From contig JAUZTB010000107.1 in NCBI GenBank assembly GCA_034780895.1, positions 18,860,689 to 18,924,688 on the forward strand: 64,000 bases of DNA, read 5' to 3'. Below, in pieces: positions 24,291-35,848 of the stretch; the first letter of the stretch is position 1, and each line of letters starts with the position of its first letter. Source of the stretch: Rhynchobatus australiae (lineage: Eukaryota). The notes under the pieces are model-generated. The model was not told the DNA's origin. It did no database searches and saw only the letters and a program-made list of their open reading frames with translations. A program made the translations under genes and the position numbers.

Positions 24291-25907
24291 CCTACACCAA
24301 GGTATTATACAAAATTTGTGTAAATGAATGGTTGATGGTTGGTGCGGACTCAGTGGGCTGAAGGGCCTGTGTTTTTGCTGTAATTCCCTATGACCTTGTG
24401 ATAAACAGAGGCTATGTAATACACTTGTGATCATTGTCAAATTTATTTTAAAGCACTCTCAGAAAAGCAGGTTAAATCTTCGACTTGGCTCTGATAACAA
24501 CCATTTCTAATGTCCTGGGAAGTTGGTGGTTCTAGAGAGTGCCTGATGCCTAAGGCCAGACTGACTCAAGAAAACTAGTACAGGAAGAGCACCAGGATTG
24601 CTCGGTGAGAAGTGGGATTGTTTGGCTGAGTAGAGAGGAGGCATAGAAAACCAGATGGCAAAAAGCCACAATCAAGACAAAAGCTGGTAAAGAAACTACA
24701 GAGATGTAATACAAAAGTAGTGGGAACATCTGAGAAGAGTAGCTTGAGAACTCCAAAAGTACATAAAGATAAGAGGAAAAAGTAAAGTTTGATAAATACC
24801 TATATTTAAACAAAAACCCCTAAATTAATAACAAAAAAGGAATCAACCAGTAATGCCAACTAAAAAATTAGAAATGCTATGTTGGGGCCAATGGAAGTTA
24901 GGTGGCCTAGAAGGTAAGTTTAATGGTAGATATGAATAGATTAGAGCAGTACTGGTTGTGAGAAGGCATCATTCAGATAAGATGTGTACATGGGAGAAGC
25001 ATGACATGGGCAATAAGGTTACAGCAAGAACTATGTTCAAGTGACAGGCCGCCTCCNNNNNNNNNNNNNNNNNNNNNNNNNNNNNNNNNNNNNNNNNNNN
25101 NNNNNNNNNNNNNNNNNNNNNNNNNNNNNNNNNNNNNNNNNNNNNNNNNNNNNNNNCTCTTGGATCTTTTTCATAACAGTCATTTTACTTTGGGAGTTTA
25201 AAAATGTTCTACTGGAGACAATGTCCTGTATAGGCCACAGGTTCTGGTGTAGGTGTTGCCAAAACTTGCATAATACCACAAGAGACATTTGCTTCTCCCA
25301 ACAGTGTGAAAGCCCCAATGATTTAACAAGAATTTGCACCTGTCAATTTCAAAATGGAGCCAATCTGCTCTGACTTCATGTCTGCCATTTTTGACTTGAA
25401 GCAGGTGCTATTCTTCATCGGGGAAAACTCCGCTTTGGCTGCCTTCAAAACCTTTCTCACAGAGTTAATCTTCCTCTGTCAGAAGGTAGTTATGGCTGGT
25501 TTCAGTAATGTAATCAATTGTATAATAAAGGGGTAAAAGCTGTAATAAAATGCATGGCACAGGAGTGAAATATCACTGTATTTGGTTGAAACTGTGTTAG
25601 GCTGTTCTCATTACATTTAAGGTCCATTGATCTGTATAAAATAAATAACTGTTCTAATTAATTTTAACCTTGACATCTGATAATTTTGTATTGTGTGATG
25701 TTATGTTCTGCATTTAATGTACATGGTTGGCAGAAGTTTGTTTCTAATGTCTGTTTACAGTGGACAATGGCTACCTAAGTGAAAAGAGTTTAACTGTGAA
25801 AACAGTTTAAATACACAACTAAAATAACACACCTACAGATAAACCTGCCTTATCGTGATGTGCTGGATTTAAACTTTACCCACCTGTCATTGTTTGTTCA
25901 ATGACAG

Positions 25908-26017
25908 GAAAATATGTGCAGATCTAAAGTCAAAATCAATCAAGATACCGGTTGCAAAAAAGCAGCTATCAATTCGGACGCCTACAAAGGGAAGTTCTCA
26001 CAAAAAAGGCAAAGAAG
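25908..26017 (+). CDS. cfap92: Probable cfap92 lysine-rich linker exon; reading frame ambiguous
   Basis: ttgttcaatgacag acceptor and AAG|gtatgt donor; two frames are open (ENMCRSKVK...QKRQR or KICADLKSK...HKKGKE). Confidence 0.55.
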
Positions 26018-26149
26018 GTATGTAAATATAAATTTTGGTTTGTGGTTTAAAAAAATCCATCTCCCAGAAGAAAACAGGCAGGAACTGAGCAAGGTGAAAG
26101 CAATCAGCAAAGGACTCAATTCACTTTCTAAGTCACTCTACATCTTCAC

Positions 26150-26510
26150 AACTTGAGGTAAGTTGCAAGCATGAAACATCATTCCCCAGAGGCATTTTCT
26201 ATTGAATTGGTGGGAAATTAAGTACTAATATAGAGTCTTAAGTGGATGCATCATTTTAAAGGTGAGAGGTGGACAAAGCATGGAAGGAATACCTTTGTGG
26301 GTGACACATGTTTGAGGAGGGTTTCCAAGTTTTCCAGTGCAGCCTTGGAGATACGGGAGTTTCACAACAAAACAATGGTCCTCTTTCCAAGAGATGATTT
26401 ATAAGCAGCAAAGCAAATTGGTATGCATGACTGGGGAGTAGAAAAATTTAAATATGAATAATATTTTCAACAGGCTCTGGCTGCAGTGCTGAAAGAAATT
26501 TAATGATTGT
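26150..26510 (-). mobile_element. Degenerate L2 LINE fragment
   Basis: Antisense L2 3' motifs (tagagtcttaagtgg.tgcatc..tttaaagg...ccagtgc). Confidence 0.4.
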
Positions 26511-27149
26511 ACTAAGAATGCCAGGCTGTGACACCCTTTCACATCTTTCCTATCTTCCACACAGTTATCTAGAATCCTCTCTTTACCTCACCATACTGAT
26601 CCTTCCCTTCCCCACTTGACAAAGCTCTCAAGTAGTCAAGAAGGAAAACCTCTGCACCTGCTTTCTCCTTGGACTCAAACACTGCATTTTTCTCAGTTAC
26701 TTCTCCACTTGAACATACTTGTTATGGCTTCCTGTCTCTTCCACACAATGGTAGTCTGGCTCACAGATGCTGAACACCATTGTCACGGCACATATTAACA
26801 CAGTTTCACACTTCTTGCACAAGAAGCTGTTGTGCAACAAATAGATCTGAAGCTGACACACAACAAAGCTGGCAAACAACTCTGTACTCGCCTGCTGATA
26901 GGGAAGATACTACCATTGGAAGTCACACAACATTTGGATATCAGAATGATTTTTTTGAGGGCTTAAACTGTCCATTCAGTAAGGCCACCACTTGACCGAT
27001 GGATAAAATTTTAACAGAATGTGCATTTGAGTTTGGTTTCCTTCGATAAATCATTATCCTAAGGGTAGCCCTTAGCTTCAAGTAGCCATTATTATGTCTG
27101 GATCTAGTACCACACCCTTGTGGGTTTTGAGCAGAATACACAAGGAAAC

Positions 27150-27300
27150 TTTGGTTTTCTAGGCAAAAACAGATGGATGCAAGATAGCCAAGAAGATGTT
27201 CTGTGAGTAATTCTGCAGCTCATATACCAATGCCTACTGTAGTCAAGGTTACTGCCTACCCAGAACTACCTTGTCTTCAGTTCCATTCAAGCCAAGAAAA
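27150..27300 (+). mobile_element. Short PIF/Harbinger transposase remnant
   Basis: MPTVVKVTA plus frameshifted NYLVFSSIQA resembles LPVAVKVT.ALNFYASGSFQA. Confidence 0.4.
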
Positions 27301-27699
27301 GGACTATCACCAACATAACCAACTCTCACTCAGCAAAAAAGTATGTGTGGTTGAAAAGGAGGGATGGGAGAAGGCACAATTTAGAGTCACACTAGTGCAA
27401 TATAAAAGGATAGAAAATTCCAGAAAAGCAGGCATTTGAATGATATGTAACACTAATTAATCGAGTGGAATACCTTGCAATTCATGAAGGCAGTTCCATT
27501 GAGTGGTTAGATAGAAGGTCAGAAAATCCTGCAACCTGTGTAAGCCTATCTTCCTGGTTCTCCGTGGAGGGATATGAATGAATATATTTACACTAGAGGC
27601 TAAATAAGGCACTACACAATTGTCTCTGACACACAAAAAATGGACAGCAACCTTACTTACATTGGAGATAGTTGTTTTGTTAGCTTCCAGCTAGTTAAT

Positions 27700-29363
27700 G
27701 TCTGTGTGTGGAACCAAAGGAAATGGGTGAGATTTCTAATGAATATTTCTCTTCAGTTTTTACTGTGGAGAAAACAATGGAAGTTAAGGAAATGGGCGAA
27801 ATAAGTGGTGTTGTCGTGGACCACATACGAATAAGTAGGGCGGAGGTATTGACGGTTGTGAAGGGCATTAAGGTGGATAAATCCCCAGGGCCTGAGCTGG
27901 TGCATTCTCGGACCTTGTGGGAAACTAAAGAAGAAATTGCAGAGGCCCCTGAAGAAATGTTTGCTCATCTCTGGCTACAGGTGAGGTTCTGGAAGACTGG
28001 AGAGTGGCTAATGTGGTACCAGTGTTTAAAAAGGGTAACAAAAACAAGCCAGGAAACTGCAGGCCAGCAAGTCTGACATTGGTGGTGGGTAAATTGCTGG
28101 AGGGGATTCTGAGGGACAAGATTTCCCAACATTTGGAAAGACGGTCTGATTCGGGACAGTCAGCATGACTTTGTGCATGGAAAGTCATGTCTGACACATC
28201 TTTTGGAGTTCTTCAAGGAAGTAACCAAGAGGGTAGCTGAGGGTAGGGTAGTGGATGTTGTCTATATGGACTTTAGCAAGGCCTTTGACAAGGTCCCTCG
28301 TGACAAGCTAGTCTGGAAGGTTAGATCGCATGGGATCTAGGGGTAGATGGCGGATTTGATTCATAAGTGGCTCAGGTAGGAAGCAGAGGGTGATGGTCGA
28401 GGGTTGTTTCTCGGACTGGAGGCCTGTGTCCAGTGTTGGGACCTTTGTTGTTTGTAATTTATATAAATGATTTGTATGTGAATGTACAAGGCATGGTTAG
28501 TAAGTTTGTGGATGATACTAAAATAGATGGTGTAGAAGATTATGAACAATTACAGGGGGATCTTGATCAGTGAGGTATGTCAGCTAAGGATTGGCAAATG
28601 CCCAAATTCAATCCAGATGTGAGGTATTGCATTTTGGGAGATCAAACTTGTACAGTGAATGGTAGGGCCCTGTGAAGTGTTATGGAACAGAGGGACCTCG
28701 AAGTACAAGTACATACCCCAGGTAGATAGGGTGGTGAAGAAGGGATTTGGCATGCTGACCTTCATCAATCAGGGCACTGAGAATGGGAGTTGGGAAGTTA
28801 TGATGCAGTTATATAAGATGTTGGTGAGACCATACTTGCAATAATGTGTACATTTTGGTCACCCTATTACAGAAAAGATGTTATTAAACTAGAAAGAGTG
28901 CAGAAAAGATTGACCAGGATGTTGCCTGGACATGGGGGCCTGAGTTACAAGGAGAGGTTGCGTAGACCTAGACTTTATTCCCTGGAACGTAGGAGATTGA
29001 GGGGCAACTTCACTGAGGTATATAAAAAGGGCATGGTCAGGGTGAAAGCTCAGTCTTTTTCCCAGGGAGGGGGTGCTAAAAACAAGAGGGCATAGGTTTA
29101 AGATCAGAGGTAAGAGATTTAAAAAGGACATCAGGGGCAGCTTCTTGCAAAGGATGGTGCGTATTTGGAATGATCTGCCAGAAATATTGGTTGAGGCGGG
29201 CACATTAGCAACATTTAAAAGATAAGTACATGCATAGGAGAGGTTTAGAGAGCTATGGGCCAAACGTGGGCAGGTGGGACTGGCTCAATGAGCAACATAG
29301 TCCGCATGGACGAGTTGGGCCGGAGGTCCTGTTTCCATGCTGTATGCCTCTGTGACTCTATGA
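27700..29363 (+). mobile_element. CR1 LINE, 5'-truncated ORF2 and 3' UTR
   Basis: EMGEI.NEYFSSVFT...IKVDKSPGP; VDVVYMDFSKAFDKVP; SKFVDDTKI; FWSPYYRKDVIKLERVQKRLTRMLPG; tail tgactctatga. Confidence 0.93.
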
Positions 29364-30889
29364 ATAGAGCCAAAGGCAAAGAAGTTGTGGCCATGCAATG
29401 ACCTCGACAACAATGGGCATTGGAATGTGAGCTGCAGAATTTCTTCTTGCATCCATCAGTTACTGCGCAGAAAATTGAAATTTCCATGTGCATTTCAGCT
29501 CAAAACCCACAGGTGTGTGGTCCTGGACCCAGACATTAGACTGGTTTTCTGTGATGAGGTAAGAATTCCTCTGATGCTGACTGGAAAAAGATCAAATTGA
29601 AAGGGTTCTGTTTCTAGTTAATTACTCCTCCTCCTCCTCCTGTAATTCCTAGAAGAACCTTCCCTCAAGAAACCAGTTGAAATACCGGAAACCACTGAAT
29701 TGTGCAATATTTATAAAAGGGATTATGCTTTCAAATCTTTGGTCAAAAAGAGCAAGTTACTGCAAAGTAATTGTTTCAAAAGAGGAACAGAAGATTCCTT
29801 TGACTGGCAGTTGGAATGGCTGTCTTAGTACTCAACATTCACAATTGATGAATGGGATCAAGATGTGTTGTTGTCAGGTTTAGAGTTGACAATTTGAAAG
29901 TTGTAACAGTGTTATTTCATCCCAATTTGAATTTATTCACCAGCCTTGTGTTTAATACAAGTACCAGAATTAATGTCTCTTGGAACAGATTGTAATTGGA
30001 GCAGTAAATGGATGGGACGAGCAGATTCTTTATTATAAAGCTGATGCTACCTTCTTGCAGAATTGTAAAAAGGTGAAAATCAGTCATTTTTCTGCCTCGT
30101 ATATAACCACAAGTTTGAGAATTTATGAAGAGAGAACTTTACTCTGTCTTTTAAATCAAATCATTCCAAACTTGACCACGTCTCATAAAAAAAAACCTTG
30201 ATATGNNNNNNNNNNTCATTTTTCAATAATTGCTAACAGTTGTATTATGTACAAAGGTAATAAATAAGAAACCAAAGTATTCCACATATTTTGGTCTTTA
30301 ATTGGTGGTTAATTATTTCTTTGGTTCATTAAAAAAAAATCTGGGAAATTTTCCATAATGAAGACATTAATCAAAAAAGCTTCTCTCTGTGATGAGGTTA
30401 AGATTGTGCACAGAGCCAAATTGTCGTGTCTTTGGAATGAGTGGGTGGGCAACCATTGCTGGTCTCTAAGAAGTCCAATAATTGCTTCAAGCTTGACATA
30501 AAAGTAAATGTTAAATTTATTCACAAGATTAGGAACCAGAAAAGTATGGAAGAACCAATCCATTCCATCTGAGACTTTAAACGAGCTAGGTTTGCAATCA
30601 TAATTTGAAATTTTCCTGCCCTGGGAAAGATGTATTAGATAGTTCCTGTGTGGCAGGCCAATGTGCATGGCCAGCTGTTGCAGAATTCGATTACACTTAA
30701 GGTCTACTTAAAGCACTGCATTCAGTTAAATAGACCTAGGTCCTGCACTTTCTTCCTCTCCCTTATAGGAGAGTGAGCAGAGGAAAATTGCTAAATTGGA
30801 GGGCTTGTGGTGAAGAGAGGTTGTGCAAGAGCATGCAAATTGTGGTTGTTGTTCACTTCTGATGGAGTTGTCAGGGCCACTATCAAGTG

Positions 30890-31230
30890 TTTAGAGTCAT
30901 ACAGAGATACAGCACAGAAACAGGCCATTCAGCCCATCCAGTCTGCATCAAACATCAACTATCCATTTTACAATAATCCTAGATTAATCCATTTTCTTTA
31001 TTCTCTCTATATTCTCTTCAATACCCCCCCCCCCAAATTCTACCACTCACCCACACACTGGGGGCAATTTACAGTGGCCGATTAACCTACCATCCCAAAA
31101 TTGGAGCACCTGGAGGAAACCCACACAGTCACAGGGAAAAAGTGCAAACTCCACACACAGCACCTGAGGTCAGGATTGAACATGGGTTTCTGGCACTGCA
31201 AGGCAACAGCTTTACTGACTGTGCCATCCA
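30890..31230 (-). mobile_element. HE1-like V-SINE
   Basis: Antisense head (gaggtcaggattgaac...ctgtgcca), V-domain (ggagcacctggaggaaacccacacagtcacaggga...tgcaaactccacacac) and CR1-type tail. Confidence 0.8.
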
Positions 31231-31455
31231 CAAATTAGGTGAGGAACAAGTCTAGCTAGTGGAAAATGTTGCCCTTAATTACTAATGACTTAAGCAAGCT
31301 TAAAGTCAATTAGAAAGAAGGGGAAAATTTCTCCACTGGCTAGAGTCATAACTTGAACCATATTTAACAGAATACAGTCTACTATGTTTTATAGAGACAA
31401 AAGCTAATGCCACAGTCATTGTACAGTTACTATATGTCATTGTTCTTCCTTTCAG

Positions 31456-31502
31456 ATTGAAGAAGCTAAAATTTACAAAAACAACAATCAGAACTTTTGT
31501 AG
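31456..31502 (+). CDS. cfap92: Candidate cfap92 linker exon (LKKLKFTKTTIRTFV)
   Basis: Strong polypyrimidine acceptor ttgttcttcctttcag and TAG|gtaaag donor; phase 2 to 1 links exon 26017 to exon 35723. Confidence 0.4.
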
Positions 31503-31574
31503 GTAAAGCAAATAACAGCTGTAAATTTGTAAATACATTCAAACAAAATTAGTCACTCAAATCCTCCCAGCATT

Positions 31575-31725
31575 CTGAAGATGCCAGGACACTGAAATTA
31601 AATCAGAAAATGCTGGAAATACTCAGCAAGTCTGACAAAGGATCTTTCTCAAACAATAACTCTTGTTTTTTCTCCCCTGCTTTCAATGCTTACCTGCTAA
31701 GTGTTTCGAGAATTTTTGTTTTTGC
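31575..31725. mobile_element. Penelope-derived palindromic remnant
   Basis: cagaaaatgctggaaatactcagcaagtc...cctgctaagtgtttcgagaatttttgtttt inverted arms. Confidence 0.5.
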
Positions 31726-34089
31726 CTCACAGCCTTGTCACTTTTGCTAGCTTCTGCTGTAATGGTATGGTACAAGAATTCTGGTATCTCATTACTGGAG
31801 CATAGAATAGCAAAGTAGCTCACTCGGCTATTCAGTCAAAGTTCATTTATTTTAAAAGCAAGAAATAAATTGTATCATCATTTGGTATGGACTCATAAGC
31901 CTCCTATAGTCAATCTTGCTTGAAATTTATTCATGAAAACTAATGGAATAATGACTTCTAAAGAGTGTATGGAACTTCTGCATTAAGGGGAGAATCTTAA
32001 TTGGTCATCTAAAAATATTGTTAAATTANNNNNNNNNNNNNNNNNNNNNNNNNNNNNNNNNNNNNNNNNNNNNNNNNNNNNNNNNNNNNNNNNNNNNNNN
32101 NNNNNNNNNNNNNNNNNNNNNNNNNNNNNNNNNNNNNNNNNNNNNNNNNNNNNNNNNNNNNNNNNNNNNNNNNNNNNNNNNNNNNNNNNNNNNNNNNNNA
32201 ACTGTACACACAGCCTTGTTTTCCTGTTAAACAAGCCACAGGACAATTGAAATATCCTGTTCAAAAGAGAAGACCAGTTGTAGCTGAAGCTTGGGCAATC
32301 CCCGCAAGGCAGCACTCCAATTGAAAACAGCGTGGTCATTGACAAATGCAGAAATACTAAATGGAACCCAGTGAGAGATGTTGTTGCTTACAGCTTTTCC
32401 AATTCTCAGCAAGAAGTTGTTCCAAATTATTATTATATTTGCATGTGTGGCAGCTTTAGCTCAGAGTGGCTTCATTAAGTTCTCAAAAAAATAAACAACT
32501 TTGACTGATAAATTAAACTGAGATGTGACAAACAATTATTTATTAAAGGCTGCATTTCAAATCCCTCTCGTGATTCAGTGCAAACTAACAGATGTTAGAA
32601 TAATTATCTTAATTAGTTCAGGCAATAGATGCTTCATGGGTTCTGCTTCCATGCACTCATATCTGCTTTGAATCCCTGTACCCTCTGGTTTTCAGCAATT
32701 TCCATCCAATAATATTCTCACAGATTCATAGAATAAAAATTAATAGCTCAGAAAGAAGCTATTTAGCCCATTGTGTCTGTATGCAAGGATGATTAAAGGT
32801 ATCAAATTAAACTGAATAAAGACAGATAGATGCTACAAATCTAAATTCAATTCCACATTTAAAAAAAACTGGAGATTATTGATCTTGGATAGGTTTAGCT
32901 CTGATTTGGGAAGTGTGCTTAGAACTGTAGAATCTTACAGCATCAGAAAAAGGCTGTCTAAATAATTTGACAGGAAAAATAATCATGCAACTGAAATGAA
33001 ATACCCTCTGGGGAGTAATAAAAATAGGAATCTGCATTTTAAATCAATAGAATGAAAGATTGTAAGACTATTAATAAAGACGGCATACAAACTATACAAC
33101 TGTCACAACACTAAGTGTATGTCAGAACCTGTGCAAACTCCCTGCAAACTTTGATTTTTTAAAATTGATGCATTCAATTTCTTGTTATTGGATCAACATC
33201 ACCATCCAAGTTCACATCTTTGGTTACTGTCACATTGTTTAGCTTGTTTTATCTTATAGCTGCCAAATTTTTTCTACACTTTGAAGTTTATAGCTTCTCT
33301 ACCTACCAAATCTTTCTGCTGTTCATAAAGTTATTGAGCATTATTTGACAGTAAGAGAAGTTTTCAAAATATAGCCACTTAACCAATTTCTTTGACCACA
33401 AACCTGATATAAAACTACTTTTGTGCATTAGACTAGCATAGAGATAATTCACAATGAAGCACAGCAAAGTGTTCTATTATCTTAAGGGAATAGAACTTTA
33501 CAAATGAAAATGGATTAAAACATTGGTCTAATTTTTGCCCAATGGATACTCAGTTGAAATCATGAATAACNNNNNNNNNNNNNNNNNNNNNNNNNNNNNN
33601 NNNNNNNNNNNNNNNNNNNNNNNNNNNNNNNNNNNNNNNNNNNNNNNNNNNNNNNNNNNNNNNNNNNNNNCAGTCATAGTTGTTTTATTTTCACTCACAG
33701 TAGTCAGATAAAGCCACACACGCTACCATTCAGGCATCTTAAAGGGACACCCATCAAGTAGCAACCTGGGCTCATAACACAAATCAAAAGCACATCCACC
33801 AAAAAAAGGAGGATTCCTTGTAACTTCAGGTTTCAATGATTTCATTTGGACCATGTCATTTTAACGGGACCCTTAAGTAAAAGTTGCTGGCATTGGCTTT
33901 GTAACTTGCAGGTGAACTCTCATATAAATGCAGATTCCAAGTTCTCAGAATGTCTGTGTCTTTGCAGGTATTCGATATTTCTGTTTCATTCCTTCTGAAT
34001 TTTATCTCTTTTACTCTACCTATTGTGGTTTCTGTTCTTCATTCCTTCCTTTGGATGGATGAACCTTTATAGAGGAAGAAAAGCAACAT

Positions 34090-34980
34090 ACTGAGTAATG
34101 GTCTTAACACAGACCAGGAGCCACTTTCTTGGACATTTTTTTACAGAGCATTTCAGAAAATGATTGTGGTTTACCAGGCAACCCCACTGACCAGTGGATC
34201 AAATGTTTCCCACTGGTTTGTCAGGTCCACCACCACTCTTAACTACTACTCATTACTCTTTGTGGGCTGAGGGACCTGTTCTTGTGCTTGTACTGTTCTA
34301 ACTTTTATTCTTTTTGAACTGAAACTAGGATTGTCACCTGAATATGCTGGTTTATGGCCCATAGTTACATCAAATGGGTGCCAGTGGCCAGAATAAGAAA
34401 GCTGTGCAAGCTTAAAGAGTGGCTAGCTTCCTGTGACCACAGCATAATAAACTACACTTGTGCAACTCCAAGAGAGCCAGCATCTTATGTGAACAGCAAG
34501 ATCTTCCGCTTGATCTTTGTTCCATAATTGTCATGGCAGGGTAATGCACATGGATATCATTTTAATGGGCAGTGCCATTACACCTTAGTTCAGTGGCTCT
34601 TGTCCATCCATCCACCTTTTTACCCATTCTAGAGAAATTCTGATGGAATACGGATACTCTCTCCAAATCTCCCTTTCGTGCGATAGCACTACAGATACAA
34701 TGAGACTCTTGGGACCAACAGGAACTGCGGTGCATTTTGAAGCATATATATTCTAGGAGCTCTCTGCGAGTCTGACAAAATGGGCTGAATTATTGCAGTT
34801 TGCTCTGTTCTGCACAGCCTGGTAATTCAGTGAAGACTGGTGTCTGAGAAGGTAAAGCAGCAACAAGGGGATGCAGCACAGTGCAAGAAAAAAGTGCTTG
34901 AAGGCGAGGAACGACCCAAGGAGGTGGGCCAGCACCTAGATCAGCCAGGAAGCATCTGATAGTACAGTGCCTTCAGTGAC
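34090..34980 (+). mobile_element. Fossil PIF/Harbinger (HARBI1-like DDE) transposase
   Basis: Collinear degenerate motifs across frameshifts and stops: AHSYIKWV; RVASFL; IINYT..TPREPASYVNSKIF; VMHMD...GS; LMEYGYSLQ; YNETLGTNR; IIAVCSVLHSLVIQ; SARKHLIVQC*. Confidence 0.72.
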
Positions 34981-35722
34981 CTCACTCACCCTGCCTGGCA
35001 ATTGAGTAATATCTTCTCGATCCATTGCTTTCCTGTGATTACTCCATTAACTGTGCTCTAAAGAAAATGCAGCCAATTTTTATGGCAAATATCTTCTGAC
35101 AATCAACTCAGTGCTGAGAAAACTATAGATCAAGTATATAATCAATGTAATAAATCTGTTGACATATCAACCTCCTCTGCTTTCCTTTGCTATTTCTCCT
35201 ACAAGGTGCAACCCTGGTGCTTTTGACAGACCTGGTGTTACTCATGGGAATCCTTTAGTTGCTCCTGGTTGTCGACTTTTTGGAGCTTGAGCCTCTGAGG
35301 GCCTGGTTACAGACTGCAGCACTTAGGCAGCTTCATGGGTTGCTTGGCCCAGATGGATTGTTTGCATGATAATGGTTTTGGTTGTGTGGGTGGTTGGGAA
35401 GCAGATGTGTTGATATCCTAAGGGGAACTCGTATTACTACCAGTCCAAAAGGAGTGGGGTCAGCACTTCCTCCATTCTTGGTAGCCTCCTCATCATTCAA
35501 CAGGGGAATTTATTGTATTGAAAATGTAGTGTTTTTGCTTTGCATTCTGCTTTGTGTTGCTGCATGTGCCATTACACCAATTGTTTTCAACAATGACTAG
35601 AGGTTATGCACTTCCAAGATGAAATACTATTATGGAAAACATTGCTTAATGAAACATTATTTCATTGTAAAATCTAGTGCTGTAGTCAAACGGTGCCTAA
35701 ACATATCCAGATTTTCTTGCAG

Positions 35723-35848
35723 CAGCAACAACAAAGATGCAAGATAAAATCAAAATCATCCCTCCGAAAATACAACAGAAGAAAAAGAAAGTCAAAGAGA
35801 AACCAGTCCCCGCTTTGATAAACCTGGACATTAGATTTCTCCTCGCCG
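35723..35848 (+). CDS. cfap92: cfap92 coding exon
   Basis: ttttcttgcag(cag) acceptor, phase 1; ATTKMQDKIK...KEKPVPALINLDIRFLLA; G|gtgagt donor, phase 1, joining the next exon as LLAGEKSVT. Confidence 0.85.

Noticed and set aside
27163-27202. Exon-like segment (ttttctag...ct|gtgagt)
   Set aside because: It abuts a Harbinger transposase remnant and has no homology support, so it was not called, although its phases (1 to 2) could fit between 26017 and 31456.
29512-29558. Exon-like segment ending GAG|gtaaga
   Set aside because: Weak acceptor, and no phase-compatible partner exon leading to 35723 was found.
34835-34920. VSEKV...AAQCKKKV resembling a Myb/SANT helix
   Set aside because: It lies within the C-terminal tail of the Harbinger transposase fossil; the resemblance is probably chance.
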